Positions 6,952-16,164 of a stretch of 32,000 nucleotides of DNA are shown here, piece by piece. The stretch lies in the NCBI RefSeq assembly GCF_000017845.1, contig NC_010546.1, forward strand, positions 2,250,001-2,282,000, in the 5' to 3' direction. Source of the DNA: Crocosphaera subtropica ATCC 51142. GTDB lineage: Bacteria > Cyanobacteriota > Cyanobacteriia > Cyanobacteriales > Microcystaceae. The translations under genes were made by a program, and so were the position numbers. Below the pieces are notes generated by a model. The model made no database searches, had not been told where the DNA came from, and worked only from the letters and a program-made list of their open reading frames with translations. Every line of letters begins with the position of its first letter. Position 1 is the stretch's first letter.

Positions 6952-8457
6952 ATGTCTCAAGAAGTTATCGTTATAGGAGCAGGAATTGGCGGATTAACCG
7001 CCGGGGCATTACTCGCCCGTCGGGGTTATGATGTTACCGTGTACGAACAGGCTTACGTTCCGGGGGGTTGTGCCTCAACCTTTAAACGTCGGAGGTTTAC
7101 CTTCGATGTGGGCGCGACACAAGTGGCAGGGTTAGAACCGAGTGGCATTCATCACCGTATCTTTGCAGAATTAGACATTGACTTACCCCCTGTAACCCCT
7201 TGCGATCCTGCGTGTGCCGTTTTTTTGCCCCAAGAAACCCAACCCATCAATGTCTGGCGTGATCCCGAAAAATGGCAACAAGAAAGACAAAAACAGTTCC
7301 CCAAAAGCGAACCCTTTTGGCAATTATTAGCTAAACTATTTCAAGCCAGTTGGAAGTTTCAAGGGCGAGATCCGGTGTTACCCCCTCGCAACCTTTGGGA
7401 TGTCTGGCAACTAACTACTGCTTTGCGGTTAGATACCTTGATCACTGTTCCCTTTACTTTCATGACGGTTGGGGATGCCTTACGTTTATATGGATTATAT
7501 AACGATCGCCGATTAAAAACCTTTTTGGATTTACAATTAAAACTGTATTCTCAAGTCGATGCCGACGAAACCGCCTTATTATATGCAGCCACAGCATTAG
7601 GGGTATCCCAGGAACCTCAAGGACTGTATCATTTACAAGGAAGTATGCAAGTATTAAGCGATCGCTTGGTTGAAGGGTTAGAAAAACATGGGGGAAAACT
7701 ATTCACCGGCCATTGTGTTGAAAAAATAGAAACCCTTGAGAGTAATAAAACTCAAGTTATCATCCGTCAGCGAAAAACAGGGGAAACCTTCACGAAAACA
7801 GCCGATCACGTCGTTGCGAATGTTCCCGTACAAAATTTAGTTAAGATAATTGATAGCCCTAGGAAATCTAGATTTAACTTCTATCAGCAACGGGTGGAAA
7901 AACTCCCCGAAGCCTCCGGGGCCTTTGTTATTTACTTGGGGGTAACAGATGAAGCCATTCCCGAAAATTGTCCCCCTCATCTACAATTTTTCTATGAGTA
8001 TGACGGACCCATTGGGGAAAATAATTCCTTGTTTGTTTCAGTCAGTAAACCTGGAGATGGTAGGGCCCCAGAGGGACAAAGAACGATTATTGCATCGAGT
8101 TTTACCGATACTCAGATATGGAACAATATTAGTGAAGAGAACTATCAACAATTAAAACAAGAATATACCATTGAAGCGATCGCCCGTTTAAGTAATTATT
8201 TTCAGCTTAATTCCGATACGATTATTCATCAAGAAGCGGCCACCCCTCGCACTTTTGCCTATTATACCGCCAGAGATAAAGGCATCGTCGGAGGGATTGG
8301 TCAACGGGTGTCTACCTTTGGTCCTTTTGGTATCGCTACCCGTACCCCGATCAAAAATCTCTGGTTAGTGGGAGACTCCACCCACCCCGGAGAAGGAACC
8401 GCAGGGGTCAGTTATTCAGCGTTAACCGCAGTTAGACAAATTGAACAGAACGGTTAA
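6952..8457 (+). CDS. phytoene-desaturase-family FAD oxidoreductase (CrtD-like C-3',4' desaturase / carotenoid isomerase-like)
   Basis: 501 aa. The N-terminal dinucleotide fold is VIVIGAGIGGLTAGALLARRGYDVTVYEQAYVPGGCASTF, followed by FTFDVGATQV. The C-terminal motif LWLVGDSTHPGEGTAGV is typical of the CrtI/CrtD/CrtISO family. The subfamily call is tentative. Confidence 0.7.
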   Translation: MSQEVIVIGAGIGGLTAGALLARRGYDVTVYEQAYVPGGCASTFKRRRFTFDVGATQVAGLEPSGIHHRIFAELDIDLPPVTPCDPACAVFLPQETQPINVWRDPEKWQQERQKQFPKSEPFWQLLAKLFQASWKFQGRDPVLPPRNLWDVWQLTTALRLDTLITVPFTFMTVGDALRLYGLYNDRRLKTFLDLQLKLYSQVDADETALLYAATALGVSQEPQGLYHLQGSMQVLSDRLVEGLEKHGGKLFTGHCVEKIETLESNKTQVIIRQRKTGETFTKTADHVVANVPVQNLVKIIDSPRKSRFNFYQQRVEKLPEASGAFVIYLGVTDEAIPENCPPHLQFFYEYDGPIGENNSLFVSVSKPGDGRAPEGQRTIIASSFTDTQIWNNISEENYQQLKQEYTIEAIARLSNYFQLNSDTIIHQEAATPRTFAYYTARDKGIVGGIGQRVSTFGPFGIATRTPIKNLWLVGDSTHPGEGTAGVSYSALTAVRQIEQNG

Positions 8458-8589
8458 GCTGTTGTGCATTTAAACAACCTGAGTTCGACGGAAGAGAATT
8501 TATGGAAAACTGACAACCAACAAGAAGTCTCAAACCCTGATTCCCTCGTTCAAAAAATTCTAACACCGAACTCACGTTTAAACAAGGTG

Positions 8590-8626
8590 AAAAAATTACC
8601 CGACAAAACAAGTTTCATCGGGTAAA
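8590..8626 (-). terminator. Rho-independent terminator of the ndh operon
   Basis: The minus-strand RNA has an 8-bp stem UUACCCGA / UCGGGUAA (8596-8603 / 8618-8625) with a 14-nt loop, followed by UUUUUU. It lies about 25 nt after the ndhE stop. Confidence 0.7.
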
Positions 8627-8651
8627 ATTAACCAAAAATCTACTCAATTTT

Positions 8652-8963
8652 TTACCATTTCAGTAGATTAAACTGTTCCATATCTGTCGTTTCACGGTTA
8701 CGATAAATCGTTAAAACAATTGCTAAACCAACGGCTGCTTCTGCTGCTGCCACTGTGATAACAAACACAGTAAAAATTTGACCTTTAATACCAACCGGAT
8801 CGAGAAAATTAGAAAATCCCATTAAGTTGAGATTAACTGCATTTAACAGCAATTCGATAGACATTAAAACCCGTACCGCATTACGACTAATGACTAATCC
8901 ATAAATTCCAATACAGAAAAGGGCTGCAGCAAGTAATAAGCAGAACTCTAATTGTATTTCCAT
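8652..8963 (-). CDS. ndhE: NAD(P)H-quinone oxidoreductase subunit 4L (NDH-1 subunit NdhE / NuoK)
   Basis: 103 aa with three hydrophobic helices. It contains [15 protein letters not shown] and [12 protein letters not shown], followed by the [11 protein letters not shown] motif typical of NuoK/NdhE. Confidence 0.95.
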   Translation of the reverse strand: MEIQLEFCLLLAAALFCIGIYGLVISRNAVRVLMSIELLLNAVNLNLMGFSNFLDPVGIKGQIFTVFVITVAAAEAAVGLAIVLTIYRNRETTDMEQFNLLKW

Positions 8964-9008
8964 AACACCTCAATTTTTTTAAAAAAACTAACAGTAATTC
9001 CTGCGTTT

Positions 9009-9635
9009 CTAAACTTCTGAAGATTTAGAAGCAGATAATTCTCGTGATTCTAATTCACTTAAACGTTCAGGTAACTGTAAAGAAGTTACAATACCATCTT
9101 CCGTGGGTAACGTATCAGGAATAAAGTCACGACGGGCTAAAACGATCGCCCCTACCATAGCCATTAATAACAGAACAGAAGCTAACTCAAACGGTAAGAG
9201 AAAATCACTAAAGAAATGTTTACCAATTTCGACAACTGTATTTTCAATTAACCCTGGTGCATTGCTTTCTAAAGACCAAGGAGTAATCAAAACCATCGTC
9301 GCTAATAAAGCAAAGAGTCCCCCACAAACTAAGGCTGTCGCCCCTCTTTTGATCCAGCGTCCGGGTAAGTTTGAATAATCTTGTTTTTTATTGACCAACA
9401 TAATAGCAAACAAGATTAAAACATTCACTGCACCTACATAAATTAACACCTGGGCAGCAGCCACAAAATCAGCATTTAACAGAACATAAATACCTGAAAT
9501 ACTGATAAATACCCCTCCTAACAAGAAGGCAGAATAAACAATATTTTCCAATAACACAACACCCAACGCAGCAATAATGACCAATGCTGCTAAGATGGCA
9601 AACGAAATAACTTGAACTCCCTCAGCTAAATTCAC
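9009..9635 (-). CDS. ndhG: NAD(P)H-quinone oxidoreductase subunit 6 (NdhG / NuoJ)
   Basis: 208 aa with a GTG start. It contains QVLIYVGAVNVLILFAIMLV and has the typical position between ndhI and ndhE. Confidence 0.93.
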   Translation of the reverse strand: MNLAEGVQVISFAILAALVIIAALGVVLLENIVYSAFLLGGVFISISGIYVLLNADFVAAAQVLIYVGAVNVLILFAIMLVNKKQDYSNLPGRWIKRGATALVCGGLFALLATMVLITPWSLESNAPGLIENTVVEIGKHFFSDFLLPFELASVLLLMAMVGAIVLARRDFIPDTLPTEDGIVTSLQLPERLSELESRELSASKSSEV

Positions 9636-9721
9636 GTTGATTGATACTCCTTTTCTTACTTAATCGTTGAGAGTAGAATAGTTGATGGAAAATCAATCAT
9701 TTCTCACCAACTATCCTGAGT

Positions 9722-10312
9722 TTAAGAAGAGGCTTCTGCTTCTTCGATAATTTCTTCAGGGCGTTTGCCCGATCGCTGACTTCCTTCGGGTAAATCATGG
9801 GGACTCATGACCCCTTTCGGTAAATAGCCTAACTCTCGTAAGGGCGTTACCATTGGGTCTTGAGTGACTTTATAGGGTAAACGTCCCAAAGCTACGTTAT
9901 CGTAGTTTAATTCATGGCGATCGTAGGCAGCCAGTTCGTATTCTTCTGTCATGGATAAACAATTGGTAGGACAATATTCCACACAATTACCGCAGAAAAT
10001 ACAAACCCCAAAATCAATACTATAGTGTTTGAGTTCTTTCTTCTTAGCGTCCTTATTAAATTCCCAATCTACCACAGGCAGATTAATGGGACAGACACGG
10101 ACACACACTTCACAAGCGATACACTTGTCAAATTCAAAGTGAATTCTACCCCGATATCTTTCTGAAGGAATTAACTTTTCGTAAGGATATTGTACGGTAA
10201 CAGGACGACGACGCATATGATCGAAGGTTACCGATAACCCTTGACCGATATATTTGGCCGCTTCAACCGTACCTTTGGCGTAATCGCCTACTTGTTTGAG
10301 AATGCTAAACAT
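9722..10312 (-). CDS. ndhI: NAD(P)H-quinone oxidoreductase subunit I (NdhI / NuoI), 2x[4Fe-4S] ferredoxin-type
   Basis: 196 aa. Two CxxCxxCxxxCP motifs are present ([12 protein letters not shown] and [12 protein letters not shown]). The conserved N-terminus is [13 protein letters not shown]. Confidence 0.95.
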   Translation of the reverse strand: MFSILKQVGDYAKGTVEAAKYIGQGLSVTFDHMRRRPVTVQYPYEKLIPSERYRGRIHFEFDKCIACEVCVRVCPINLPVVDWEFNKDAKKKELKHYSIDFGVCIFCGNCVEYCPTNCLSMTEEYELAAYDRHELNYDNVALGRLPYKVTQDPMVTPLRELGYLPKGVMSPHDLPEGSQRSGKRPEEIIEEAEASS

Positions 10313-10345
10313 GATGTTTATTCCCTAATATGTTAACAACAGAAA

Positions 10346-11464
10346 TTAACCACCGAATGCCACGGGAAAGGCTAATTTCAAGGCAGCCGTTAATAAGAGA
10401 TTCACCAGAGAGACAGGTAAAAGGAATTTCCAACCTAAGTCTAATAATTGGTCAATGCGAACACGGGGAACTGTCCACCGCATGAGAACCGCAATAAACA
10501 CCAAGAAATAGGCTTTTAACACGGTCATGGTAATCCCTAAAGAGGCGGTGATCACCTGTAACCAAGAACTGTCCTCACTCACCCCTAACCATTCGGCTAA
10601 CTTATCTAAGGGAACGGGAAACTCCCACCCCCCTAAGTATAGGATGGCAAAAACGAGAGCAGATAACACTAAGTTAACGTAAGACCCTAGATAAAAAAGG
10701 GCGAATTTCATGCCTGCGTATTCGGTTTGATAGCCGGCTACGATTTCTTCTTCTGCTTCGGGTAAGTCAAAGGGAAGCCGTTCACATTCAGCCAAAGCAG
10801 CGATCCAAAAGATGAAAAAGCCCACCGGTTGCCGCCAAATATTCCAGCCTAAAATACCGTATCCTGATTGCTGTTCGACGATATCGATGGTACTGAGGCT
10901 ATTGGACATCATAACAATGGCTAAAACCGATAAAGCCAAAGGTATCTCATAACTGATTGATTGTGCTGCAGCCCGAAGTCCTCCTAATAAGGAATACTTG
11001 TTATTAGAGGCATATCCGGCCATTAATAAGCCAATGGGAGCAATACTGGATAAAGCGATCCAGAAAAAGATTCCCACATTGAGGTCAGTTATCACTAAAT
11101 TTTGACCAAACGGTACAATCAAATAGGAAACGAAGACCGGCAGTACCACTAAAACAGGTCCTAGGGTAAATAACCAAGGATCAGCTTTAGCTGGAATCAC
11201 ATCTTCTTTAAACACTAATTTAATACCGTCTGCGACGGGTTGGAGTACCCCCAACGGACCAGCATATTCGGGGCCGATACGTTGTTGCGCTGCAGCCGAA
11301 ATTTTTCTTTCTAGCCACACAACCACCAAAACCCCGACAGTTGCGCCAATAATCATTAAAAAAGAGGGAAAAGGAATCCACAGGGCTTTGGCTGCCCCGC
11401 TAGGTATTCCTAACTGGTTCAGAGATTCGATAAAACTTGCTTGTAGGTCGATTCCTGAGTTCAT
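10346..11464 (-). CDS. ndhA: NAD(P)H-quinone oxidoreductase subunit 1 (NdhA / NuoH)
   Basis: 372 aa, polytopic. It contains [38 protein letters not shown] and [14 protein letters not shown], which are signature NuoH motifs. It is the first gene of the ndhAIGE operon. Confidence 0.96.
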   Translation of the reverse strand: MNSGIDLQASFIESLNQLGIPSGAAKALWIPFPSFLMIIGATVGVLVVVWLERKISAAAQQRIGPEYAGPLGVLQPVADGIKLVFKEDVIPAKADPWLFTLGPVLVVLPVFVSYLIVPFGQNLVITDLNVGIFFWIALSSIAPIGLLMAGYASNNKYSLLGGLRAAAQSISYEIPLALSVLAIVMMSNSLSTIDIVEQQSGYGILGWNIWRQPVGFFIFWIAALAECERLPFDLPEAEEEIVAGYQTEYAGMKFALFYLGSYVNLVLSALVFAILYLGGWEFPVPLDKLAEWLGVSEDSSWLQVITASLGITMTVLKAYFLVFIAVLMRWTVPRVRIDQLLDLGWKFLLPVSLVNLLLTAALKLAFPVAFGG

Positions 11465-11990
11465 TGTAGTTAAGACAGGTATATAAGTTCAGATCCTTAT
11501 GTTCATTGCTTAGTATATCGCTGTCTGTGGAATCGGTTGGTCAGTTTTAGCTTAATTCCTGAAATTCACTTTTGAGAGTCACTCCATAGGATGATACTAA
11601 CTTCGATTATGGCTACTATCGTAATCTTGTTTCTTTTATGGTGAAATATGATCCTAAAATGATTCCCAAACTTGAATATATCAAAATTGAAAACTTAAGC
11701 ATTTTCATAAGTTACATGACTTATTTCGAGATAAGAATAGAATCATGAACCCTTAATTAACCAAAATAAAAATCAAAATTTAAAAGATTCTACCAAGAAA
11801 ATGAAATTATTTTATTCAATGATTTAGCCAGAATAAATGACGCTTTACTTAAACAATAACTTATCATCTCTATGGCAACGATAGAATAATTACCATTACT
11901 AAAAATCCTTAATATTATCTAAATAAATCCCCACAGACCTGTAAGATTGTTTTAATACTTGCCGTTATGTAAATTAGGAATAACTCACAC

Positions 11991-14189
11991 ATGACAGTTG
12001 TTAGCGCAATCCCCGCATTTTGTCAAGGAATTCAACATTTTGGTGAAAACTTACCCAACTACGAACAATATACAACAGAAGCAGCCATAAAACCCGATAA
12101 TACAGCCATTTCTTCCCCCAACGATCCTAATGCCGTTTTTCAAACCCTCCTCGCAGCCGACGCATTACGCTACTTAACCCTACAAACCGCAGCTACCAAA
12201 CAATCTGGACATCCCGGCGGTTTTGCAAGTATCGCCGACACCATTGCAGCCTTAGTGATGCTAGGTCACAAAAACATTATTACCGAAGTCGGTCATCACG
12301 CCCCAGGTTTCTACAGCAATATGTTTTTAGACCGTTCCCTCGAAGATATGGGCATCACCACCGTACAGCAGATGGGGGAACGGTTTAGAGAAATGCACGG
12401 ACTCCTGGGCCATCTTTCTGGACAAATACCCGGACTACTCAACCCCGCTGGTCCTTTGGGACAAGGACAACACTTTGCTATGGCCGGGGCTAAGTTACAT
12501 CCTGGGGTACTCTTTCCTGTCACCATTGGGGATGGGGGGTTAGGGGAACCCTATATTATGAGTAGCTTTGCTCACTTCAATACCTCTTTTCCTGATGTCA
12601 CTAACTTCTTACCCATCTTGGTATGGAATGGTTATTCCCAGGAACATCATAGTATGGTTTCCACCAAAACCAACGAAGAAATGATTGCTTATTGGCAAGG
12701 AAACGGCTTTGCTGAGGTGATTTTAGTTAACGCTAAAGACTATGACGACAGTAACCAAGAAGGGGAATATGTCGATAGTACCCAATTTTCTTTAGCGAAA
12801 CGGTTAGCCTTTACCCAAGCTATTTTAGAAGCAACGGATAAAGCAGCTAAATCTGCTTTAAATGGTACCTTAACCGTTCTCATCGTCAAACAACTCAAGG
12901 GATCTGGCGTTCACAAACGGGGTGCAAAATCTCATAATTTATATCCTGGGGATACTTTAGAAAAAGATTACATTGTTCATGCCCTGAAAGAAAGAGCTTT
13001 ATCCCCTGAAGCGTGGCAAATGGTTCGCACTAACTTTGAACGGTCTGCTGGCGGTCCTGCATCCCATCACGTTGTCACAGAGAAGGTGTTACCTTTGCCA
13101 GAGTTGGGACCGTTACCCTTAACTGAATACGAGGTACATGGGGAGAAAAAAGTAGCCACAACTGCGATGGGTGAGTTAGTGGTTCATGTGGGGCAAAAAG
13201 ACCCTAACTTTGTAGTGGCTAATGCCGATGGAAATGCTGCCTCTGGAATTAATAATATTAATATTGGTTTAAAAATCGTTCATCCCACCGTTGATGACCT
13301 TTATTTTCAAGGGCCGGGGGGACAGGTTTATGAACCCTTAAGCGAAGATGCTTGTGCCGGGTTAGCAGCAGGGTTGGCTTTATTTGGGGCAAGAACCTTA
13401 TGGTGTTCCTATGAGTCTTTTGCTATCAATGGGTTACCCATCTGGCAAACCGTAACCCAAGCGATGGCTGAGTTACGTCGTCCCACTCCTTCTACGATTA
13501 CTTTATTCACTGCAGGGGCGTTAGAACAAGGGCGGAATGGTTGGACTCATCAACGGCCAGAAATTGAAAATTACTTTGCTGGAATGATGAGAAATGGTAA
13601 TATTTTTCCTCTCTTTCCTTGTGATGCCAATAGTATCCAAGTGTGTTATGAATGGGCAGTACAAACTAAGAATAAAGGCATAACCATTACTGCGAGTAAA
13701 TCACCGTTACCTGTGAGAACAACATTCAACCAAACCCGTCAAGGTTTACAAGATGGGGGAATTATTTTACATGAGAGTAAAGGCAAGAAAAAAGTGGTTT
13801 TTGCTGTCATTGGTGATATGACTTTAATTCCTGTATTTGATGCTGCTTTACACTTAGAAAATGAGGGGATTGGGGTTAAAATTGTTTCAGTTATTAGTCC
13901 CCGTCGCTTATACCGTTCCTATGACGTTGCTTGGGAAACTTGCACCGAAAAAGATAGTCATTTCTTAGATGATCAAGGCTTTGAGAACTTGTTCGGTGGT
14001 GATGCTTTAATTGGGGTAACGGGTGGAACCTCTGCTATGCTAGAACCTGTTATGTTACGCAGTAATTGTAAGCGAGATACCTTTGCTTGGAAACGGGGCG
14101 AAACGGCATCTAGTGCAGGAGAAATTATGTCATTTAATGGTTTAACCGCAGAAGCTTTAACGAAGCGAGCAAGCGAGTTATTAAGTTAA
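11991..14189 (+). CDS. divergent thiamine-diphosphate enzyme of the phosphoketolase/transketolase superfamily (phosphoketolase-like, 732 aa)
   Basis: The N-terminus SGHPGGFAS is transketolase-like. The ThDP motif GDGGLGEP ... LPILVWNGYS parallels the phosphoketolase pattern GDGEAETG ... LPILHLNGYKI. The protein is shorter than canonical Xfp of roughly 800 aa. Confidence 0.65.
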   Translation: MTVVSAIPAFCQGIQHFGENLPNYEQYTTEAAIKPDNTAISSPNDPNAVFQTLLAADALRYLTLQTAATKQSGHPGGFASIADTIAALVMLGHKNIITEVGHHAPGFYSNMFLDRSLEDMGITTVQQMGERFREMHGLLGHLSGQIPGLLNPAGPLGQGQHFAMAGAKLHPGVLFPVTIGDGGLGEPYIMSSFAHFNTSFPDVTNFLPILVWNGYSQEHHSMVSTKTNEEMIAYWQGNGFAEVILVNAKDYDDSNQEGEYVDSTQFSLAKRLAFTQAILEATDKAAKSALNGTLTVLIVKQLKGSGVHKRGAKSHNLYPGDTLEKDYIVHALKERALSPEAWQMVRTNFERSAGGPASHHVVTEKVLPLPELGPLPLTEYEVHGEKKVATTAMGELVVHVGQKDPNFVVANADGNAASGINNINIGLKIVHPTVDDLYFQGPGGQVYEPLSEDACAGLAAGLALFGARTLWCSYESFAINGLPIWQTVTQAMAELRRPTPSTITLFTAGALEQGRNGWTHQRPEIENYFAGMMRNGNIFPLFPCDANSIQVCYEWAVQTKNKGITITASKSPLPVRTTFNQTRQGLQDGGIILHESKGKKKVVFAVIGDMTLIPVFDAALHLENEGIGVKIVSVISPRRLYRSYDVAWETCTEKDSHFLDDQGFENLFGGDALIGVTGGTSAMLEPVMLRSNCKRDTFAWKRGETASSAGEIMSFNGLTAEALTKRASELLS

Positions 14190-14196
14190 CTTTGTA

Positions 14197-14224
14197 AGGT
14201 GGGCAATGCCCACCTCACATTTTG
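14197..14224 (+). terminator. Rho-independent terminator candidate after the phosphoketolase-like gene
   Basis: The stem is AGGTGGGC-AAT-GCCCACCT (14197-14215, 8 bp), followed by CACATTTTG. It begins 8 nt after the stop codon. Confidence 0.65.
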
Positions 14225-14346
14225 AGTATCAGTAAAAAATAAAATTTAGATAACTTGGGCAAACTACAACTTCAGAAAGATTAACGCTTTAACTTCTATT
14301 GCTAGGATCTATAAATGTAACGAATATAAAATTGGTGATAAAAAAA

Positions 14347-14691
14347 ATGGTAGAACAATTAACTCAAAGACAATGCACTGCCTGTACCGGGGATTCTTCT
14401 CCTGTTAGTGAAGAAGATATTAAACAACTGAAGCCTCAAATTCCTGATTGGAAAATTGAAGATGAAAATGGCCAATTACGATTAGTAAGAACTTATGAAT
14501 TTTCTAACTTTAAAAAAGCATTAGCATTTACTCAGAAAATCGGAGACAAGGCAGAAGAAGAGGGACATCATCCCAGTTTACTGACTGAATGGGGGAAAGT
14601 AACCGTAATTTGGTGGACTCATGCCATTAATGGATTACATGAAAATGATTTTATTATGGCAGCGAAAACAGATCAAATTGCTGGGGATTAA
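14347..14691 (+). CDS. pterin-4-alpha-carbinolamine dehydratase (PCD/DCoH family, COG2154)
   Basis: It carries the signature EEGHHPSLLTEWGKVTVIWWTHAINGLHENDF. I prefer ATG 14347 (MVEQLTQRQ), giving 114 aa, because the ORF-track start at 14299 is a TTG. Confidence 0.88.
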   Translation: MVEQLTQRQCTACTGDSSPVSEEDIKQLKPQIPDWKIEDENGQLRLVRTYEFSNFKKALAFTQKIGDKAEEEGHHPSLLTEWGKVTVIWWTHAINGLHENDFIMAAKTDQIAGD

Positions 14692-14806
14692 TTAACCTTT
14701 AAGCTTATCCCGAATTGACGTTAATTAACAAAAATTAAAGCAACTGCATCGAGGAGGAATGAGCAATAATGTGGCAATCTAAATATATATATGGGGGGAA
14801 GTCCAG

Positions 14807-15709
14807 CTACACCCTCGTAAGTATCCCTTCATCTCCGTCTAACATAACTTTCATCCCCACGGGTAAAATAGCGTTTACCCCGTCATGGCCAAAGGGTAAC
14901 TCAGAAACAATAGGAATACCAAGATCCCCCAAGCGATCGCCTAATACCTCTTCTACGGTCCAGCTATCAGAAGAACCGTTACTGCGACTGAACCGTCCCA
15001 ACGCAATGCCTTTAACCCCATCAAATGCACCCATTAACCGCCATTGCGTCAACATTCGGTCAATACGGTAAGGGGGTTCTCCTACGTCTTCTAGGGCTAA
15101 AATTACCCCGTCTAAGGGAGGTTGTAGGGGGGTTCCGAGTAAATGAGTGGCTACAGTTAAATTAGCCGGTAATAACCAGCCTTGTGCTTGGCCATTTCCC
15201 CATCCTTGTCCTTGTAATGGGGGTAAGGGATGACCTTCTAAATAGTTAAATAGTCTTTTTAATGACCATTTCGGTTCCTTGGCTAAGGTGGTTAATACAG
15301 GCCCGTGAATACTATGAATCTTTACCCTAGCTAGTTTCCAGAGTAAGCTAGTAATATCGGAAAAACCTATCATCCATTTAGGATATTTTCTCAAGATAGT
15401 TTCCCAGTCTTTTTCTTCTAATAGTCTAGCCACACCGTAACCCCCACGCCCGGCTATAATCCCTTTATAATTTGGGTTGATTAAGGCTTCTAATAAGGCT
15501 TCTCGACGTTGTTCATCGGTGCCACCTAAATAACCATAATGGGCGTTCCAATGTTTATCTAGTTCTAAATTGTAGCCCTGCGATCGCACAATTTCTCTGG
15601 CTTTTTCTACCGCAGCAAGGTCTTTAATTGCCCCACTTGGAGAAATCCCTACAATTGTATCACCGGGTTTTATATAAGGGGGTTGTTTCCAAGCATCAAT
15701 CGAAGTCAT
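14807..15709 (-). CDS. LD-carboxypeptidase (peptidase S66, LdcA-like muramoyltetrapeptide carboxypeptidase)
   Basis: 300 aa. It contains GDTIVGISPSG, GIIAGRGGYG, the nucleophile context IGFSDITSL and C-terminal FGHD, matching the S66 pattern. Confidence 0.85.
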   Translation of the reverse strand: MTSIDAWKQPPYIKPGDTIVGISPSGAIKDLAAVEKAREIVRSQGYNLELDKHWNAHYGYLGGTDEQRREALLEALINPNYKGIIAGRGGYGVARLLEEKDWETILRKYPKWMIGFSDITSLLWKLARVKIHSIHGPVLTTLAKEPKWSLKRLFNYLEGHPLPPLQGQGWGNGQAQGWLLPANLTVATHLLGTPLQPPLDGVILALEDVGEPPYRIDRMLTQWRLMGAFDGVKGIALGRFSRSNGSSDSWTVEEVLGDRLGDLGIPIVSELPFGHDGVNAILPVGMKVMLDGDEGILTRV

Positions 15710-15784
15710 TAAATTTCTAATTTTCCCCTTTTTTTAAAGGTAATATTGAATCTTAATTGTCTTATTTTATGCTATTTTTTTCAT

Positions 15785-16003
15785 TTAAAGTTGGTTAGCT
15801 GAATGGCATAAACTATGATCCAACCAATCAAAAATTCTCTCTAATTGACCAATGGTAATTAATCCATAACGCCACAATAACATCGGAAAGGAACTATAAG
15901 GTAGTTCAGGATGACGTTGCACTAAAGCAATGGACTCAGCAGGAATATTTAATTCTTGTTGTAAAAAGCGTACCAGTTTTTGATTTTGTTCTGAGGGACT
16001 CAT
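15785..16003 (-). CDS. small conserved cyanobacterial protein (DUF2949-like)
   Basis: 72 aa. The segments LVRFLQQELNIPAESIALV ... PMLLWRYGLITIGQLERIFDWL resemble my memory of the DUF2949 family. This was not verified by a search. Confidence 0.5.
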   Translation of the reverse strand: MSPSEQNQKLVRFLQQELNIPAESIALVQRHPELPYSSFPMLLWRYGLITIGQLERIFDWLDHSLCHSANQL

Positions 16004-16125
16004 TATGATACTCTCCTCAACCTTTAAAAGAAGTTAGCTGATTTTGTGTAGCTACCAGTTTAAAGTATTAGGTATCAATTGACCTCATCATAAAGGGTCA
16101 CCCATTTGGGTGAATTCTAACCCAA

Positions 16126-16160
16126 GGGAATAGGCAGCAGGGAACAGACAACAGATAAAT
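16126..16160. repeat. degenerate heptanucleotide tandem repeat (5 units, G-phased)
   Basis: gggaata ggcagca gggaaca gacaaca gataaat, lying immediately 3' of the pepP-like stop (16165, minus strand). Confidence 0.6.
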
Positions 16161-16164
16161 TAGT

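Noticed and set aside
7949-8155. Nested or antisense ORFs 7949-8155, 9103-9378, 12311-12526, 14769-15071, 19192-19482, 25626-25913, 27272-27454, 28266-28490, 29968-30162, 30099-30284, 30390-30620, 30990-31175 and 31481-31684
   Set aside because: Each is fully or largely contained in a longer ORF with recognisable conserved motifs (crtD-like, ndhG, phosphoketolase-like, ldcA-like, SDR, Rieske/FAD, trmD, cphB, cphA). None has supporting signals of its own.
11609-11644. 11-codon hydrophobic mini-ORF MATIVILFLLW in the ndhA/phosphoketolase-like divergent spacer
   Set aside because: It is too short, has no SD and matches no known family. Such ORFs are expected by chance in 526 bp of AT-rich sequence.
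11465-11990. 526-bp spacer between ndhA and the phosphoketolase-like gene, examined for RNA genes or repeats
   Set aside because: It has only AT-rich sequence, with no convincing hairpin-terminator pairs, repeats or ORFs. It most likely holds just two divergent promoters.
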